IMG/VR virus record: IMGVR_UViG_3300046531_000473 | Coordinates: 5,834 to 69,833 of that record | Source of the DNA: a virus | Taxonomy: Duplodnaviria; Caudoviricetes | Strand: one strand, 5' to 3' | DNA: 64,000 nucleotides | Part shown: piece by piece, positions 63,028-64,000 of the stretch | Layout: the number at the start of each line of letters is the position of its first letter | Numbering within the stretch: the stretch's first letter is position 1 | Notes under the pieces: model-generated | Databases searched by the model: none | What the model saw: the letters and a program-made list of their open reading frames with translations, nothing else | What the model was told of the DNA's origin: nothing | Position numbers and translations under genes: made by a program

Positions 63028-63639
63028 CTATACAAGTTGTCGTATGCTCCTGACAAGATTATCACGCTCTTCTTCAGCTTTGATGCATCTATCTGAGATT
63101 TCCTTTAGTTCCATCCTTAACTCTTCTATTTTTCTTTGCACTTCCTGTGGCCTGTTGTGATGAGCACTCTGTAAGTTAGCGTGGTCTTGAAACTCTTGAA
63201 GAGTGACCTTGCTGCCTGTTATTTGTTTTGATGCACGGATCTCCTGTATTGCGTCAAGGCTTGGCACATAACCACCAGCTTCGATGCGCTCAAGAATGAA
63301 CGATGGATACGAAGGAAATGTCAGCTCGTATAGCGTCGTATATGGAACATGCTTCAGTGACTCGTATTTGTCTCTAAATACTCTTACGATTCTCATGTAA
63401 CATGCTGCAACGCCTTTGGACATCTTCACTTCATCTGAGATCCATGCATAAAATAACCTCTTAGGCATCGTCCTTGACCTGATGTCAAGCAATATGCTCC
63501 CGATGGCAAAGTAATCCTCACCAGGAACACGGCTACCCTCCATCTTGGGCAGCATAGAGCGTATCTCGTGTGTCTTTAGTCTGACATATGCTCTATCTGC
63601 ATCAGACTCTAAATATGTATACTTAAATCTTATGGGCAT
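63028..63639 (-). CDS. DUF3102-like phage protein
   Basis: AIGSILLDIR...FYAWI.....MSKGVAACYMRI; start moved to 63639. Confidence 0.65.
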   Translation of the reverse strand: MPIRFKYTYLESDADRAYVRLKTHEIRSMLPKMEGSRVPGEDYFAIGSILLDIRSRTMPKRLFYAWISDEVKMSKGVAACYMRIVRVFRDKYESLKHVPYTTLYELTFPSYPSFILERIEAGGYVPSLDAIQEIRASKQITGSKVTLQEFQDHANLQSAHHNRPQEVQRKIEELRMELKEISDRCIKAEEERDNLVRSIRQLV

Positions 63640-63643
63640 AGTG

Positions 63644-63826
63644 TTATCCTTTCTCTTCTCTTGTGTCTTCTTGGATATTTGATGTAGCATAGCTCTTTTC
63701 AAGTCGCCACATCACCTCTTGATTGAACGAGCGCCGATTGACTTTAGAGCTCTCATGGAGTTTATCAAGCAACACGAGATCAACATATATCGTAGCCCGT
63801 TTGTATTCCTCATGTTTATGTCTCAT
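63644..63826 (-). CDS. Arc/Mnt-like ribbon-helix-helix repressor
   Basis: TIYVDLVLLDKL...NRRSFNQEVMWRLEKS. Confidence 0.8.
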   Translation of the reverse strand: MRHKHEEYKRATIYVDLVLLDKLHESSKVNRRSFNQEVMWRLEKSYATSNIQEDTREEKG

Positions 63827-63888
63827 GGCGTCATGGTAGCACGCGATATTTACCTTGAAAAGAGAGGTAAAGGTCCTACAGGATTTTT

Positions 63889-63929
63889 CATTAGAGAAAA
63901 ATCTCTAATGAATTTTCTCTAGAGAAATT
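63889..63929. promoter_or_regulatory. Tandem palindromes (putative operators)
   Basis: CATTAGAGA-AAA-TCTCTAATG and TTTCTCTAGAGAAA upstream of the Arc-like gene. Confidence 0.6.
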
Positions 63930-64000
63930 TCCTGAGAGTAAAGGTGTACATGAGATATTTAGAGCATGATAGTACACACAGACGCTTTGCTTGAACGAGA

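Noticed and set aside
1-64000. Integrase, att site, reverse transcriptase (DGR or retron), rtcB, rRNA or IS transposase
   Set aside because: No such motifs recognised in any frame; prophage versus free-phage status cannot be decided from this window

Overview
The whole 64 kb window is phage DNA from a long-tailed (siphovirus-like) phage or prophage. No host housekeeping genes, integrase or lysis cassette are visible, and the genome runs off both edges. About 1-18 kb (minus strand) is an HK97-type morphogenesis block: terminases, portal, prohead protease, major capsid, neck, tail tube, tail chaperone with a probable -1 frameshift, and a tape measure truncated at the left edge. The rest is a mosaic of early and accessory operons driven by near-consensus sigma70/sigmaA promoters. 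It holds two separate replication modules (primase-helicase fusion at 25-28 kb; AAA_25 helicase plus primase at 50-53 kb), each with its own origin-like repeats, and two ParB-methyltransferase fusions. The most unusual parts are: (i) a covarying two-hairpin RNA-like leader repeated four times, three of them alternating with short ORFs ending QSA* at 42.7-43.9 kb; (ii) a Ro60 (TROVE) gene preceded by a tRNA-mimic YrlA-type RNA and a second Y-like RNA, next to a PHAX-type RNA-binding protein (55.2-58.3 kb); (iii) a HerA/FtsK/TraB-like ATPase, membrane proteins and wall hydrolase module with an adjacent repeat cluster, resembling a conjugative or intramycelial DNA transfer system inside a phage (36.4-42.3 kb). 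A Chloroflexota (Ktedonobacteria-like) host is my impression only and is not established from the sequence. All family assignments are by-eye motif recognition; no database searches were run.
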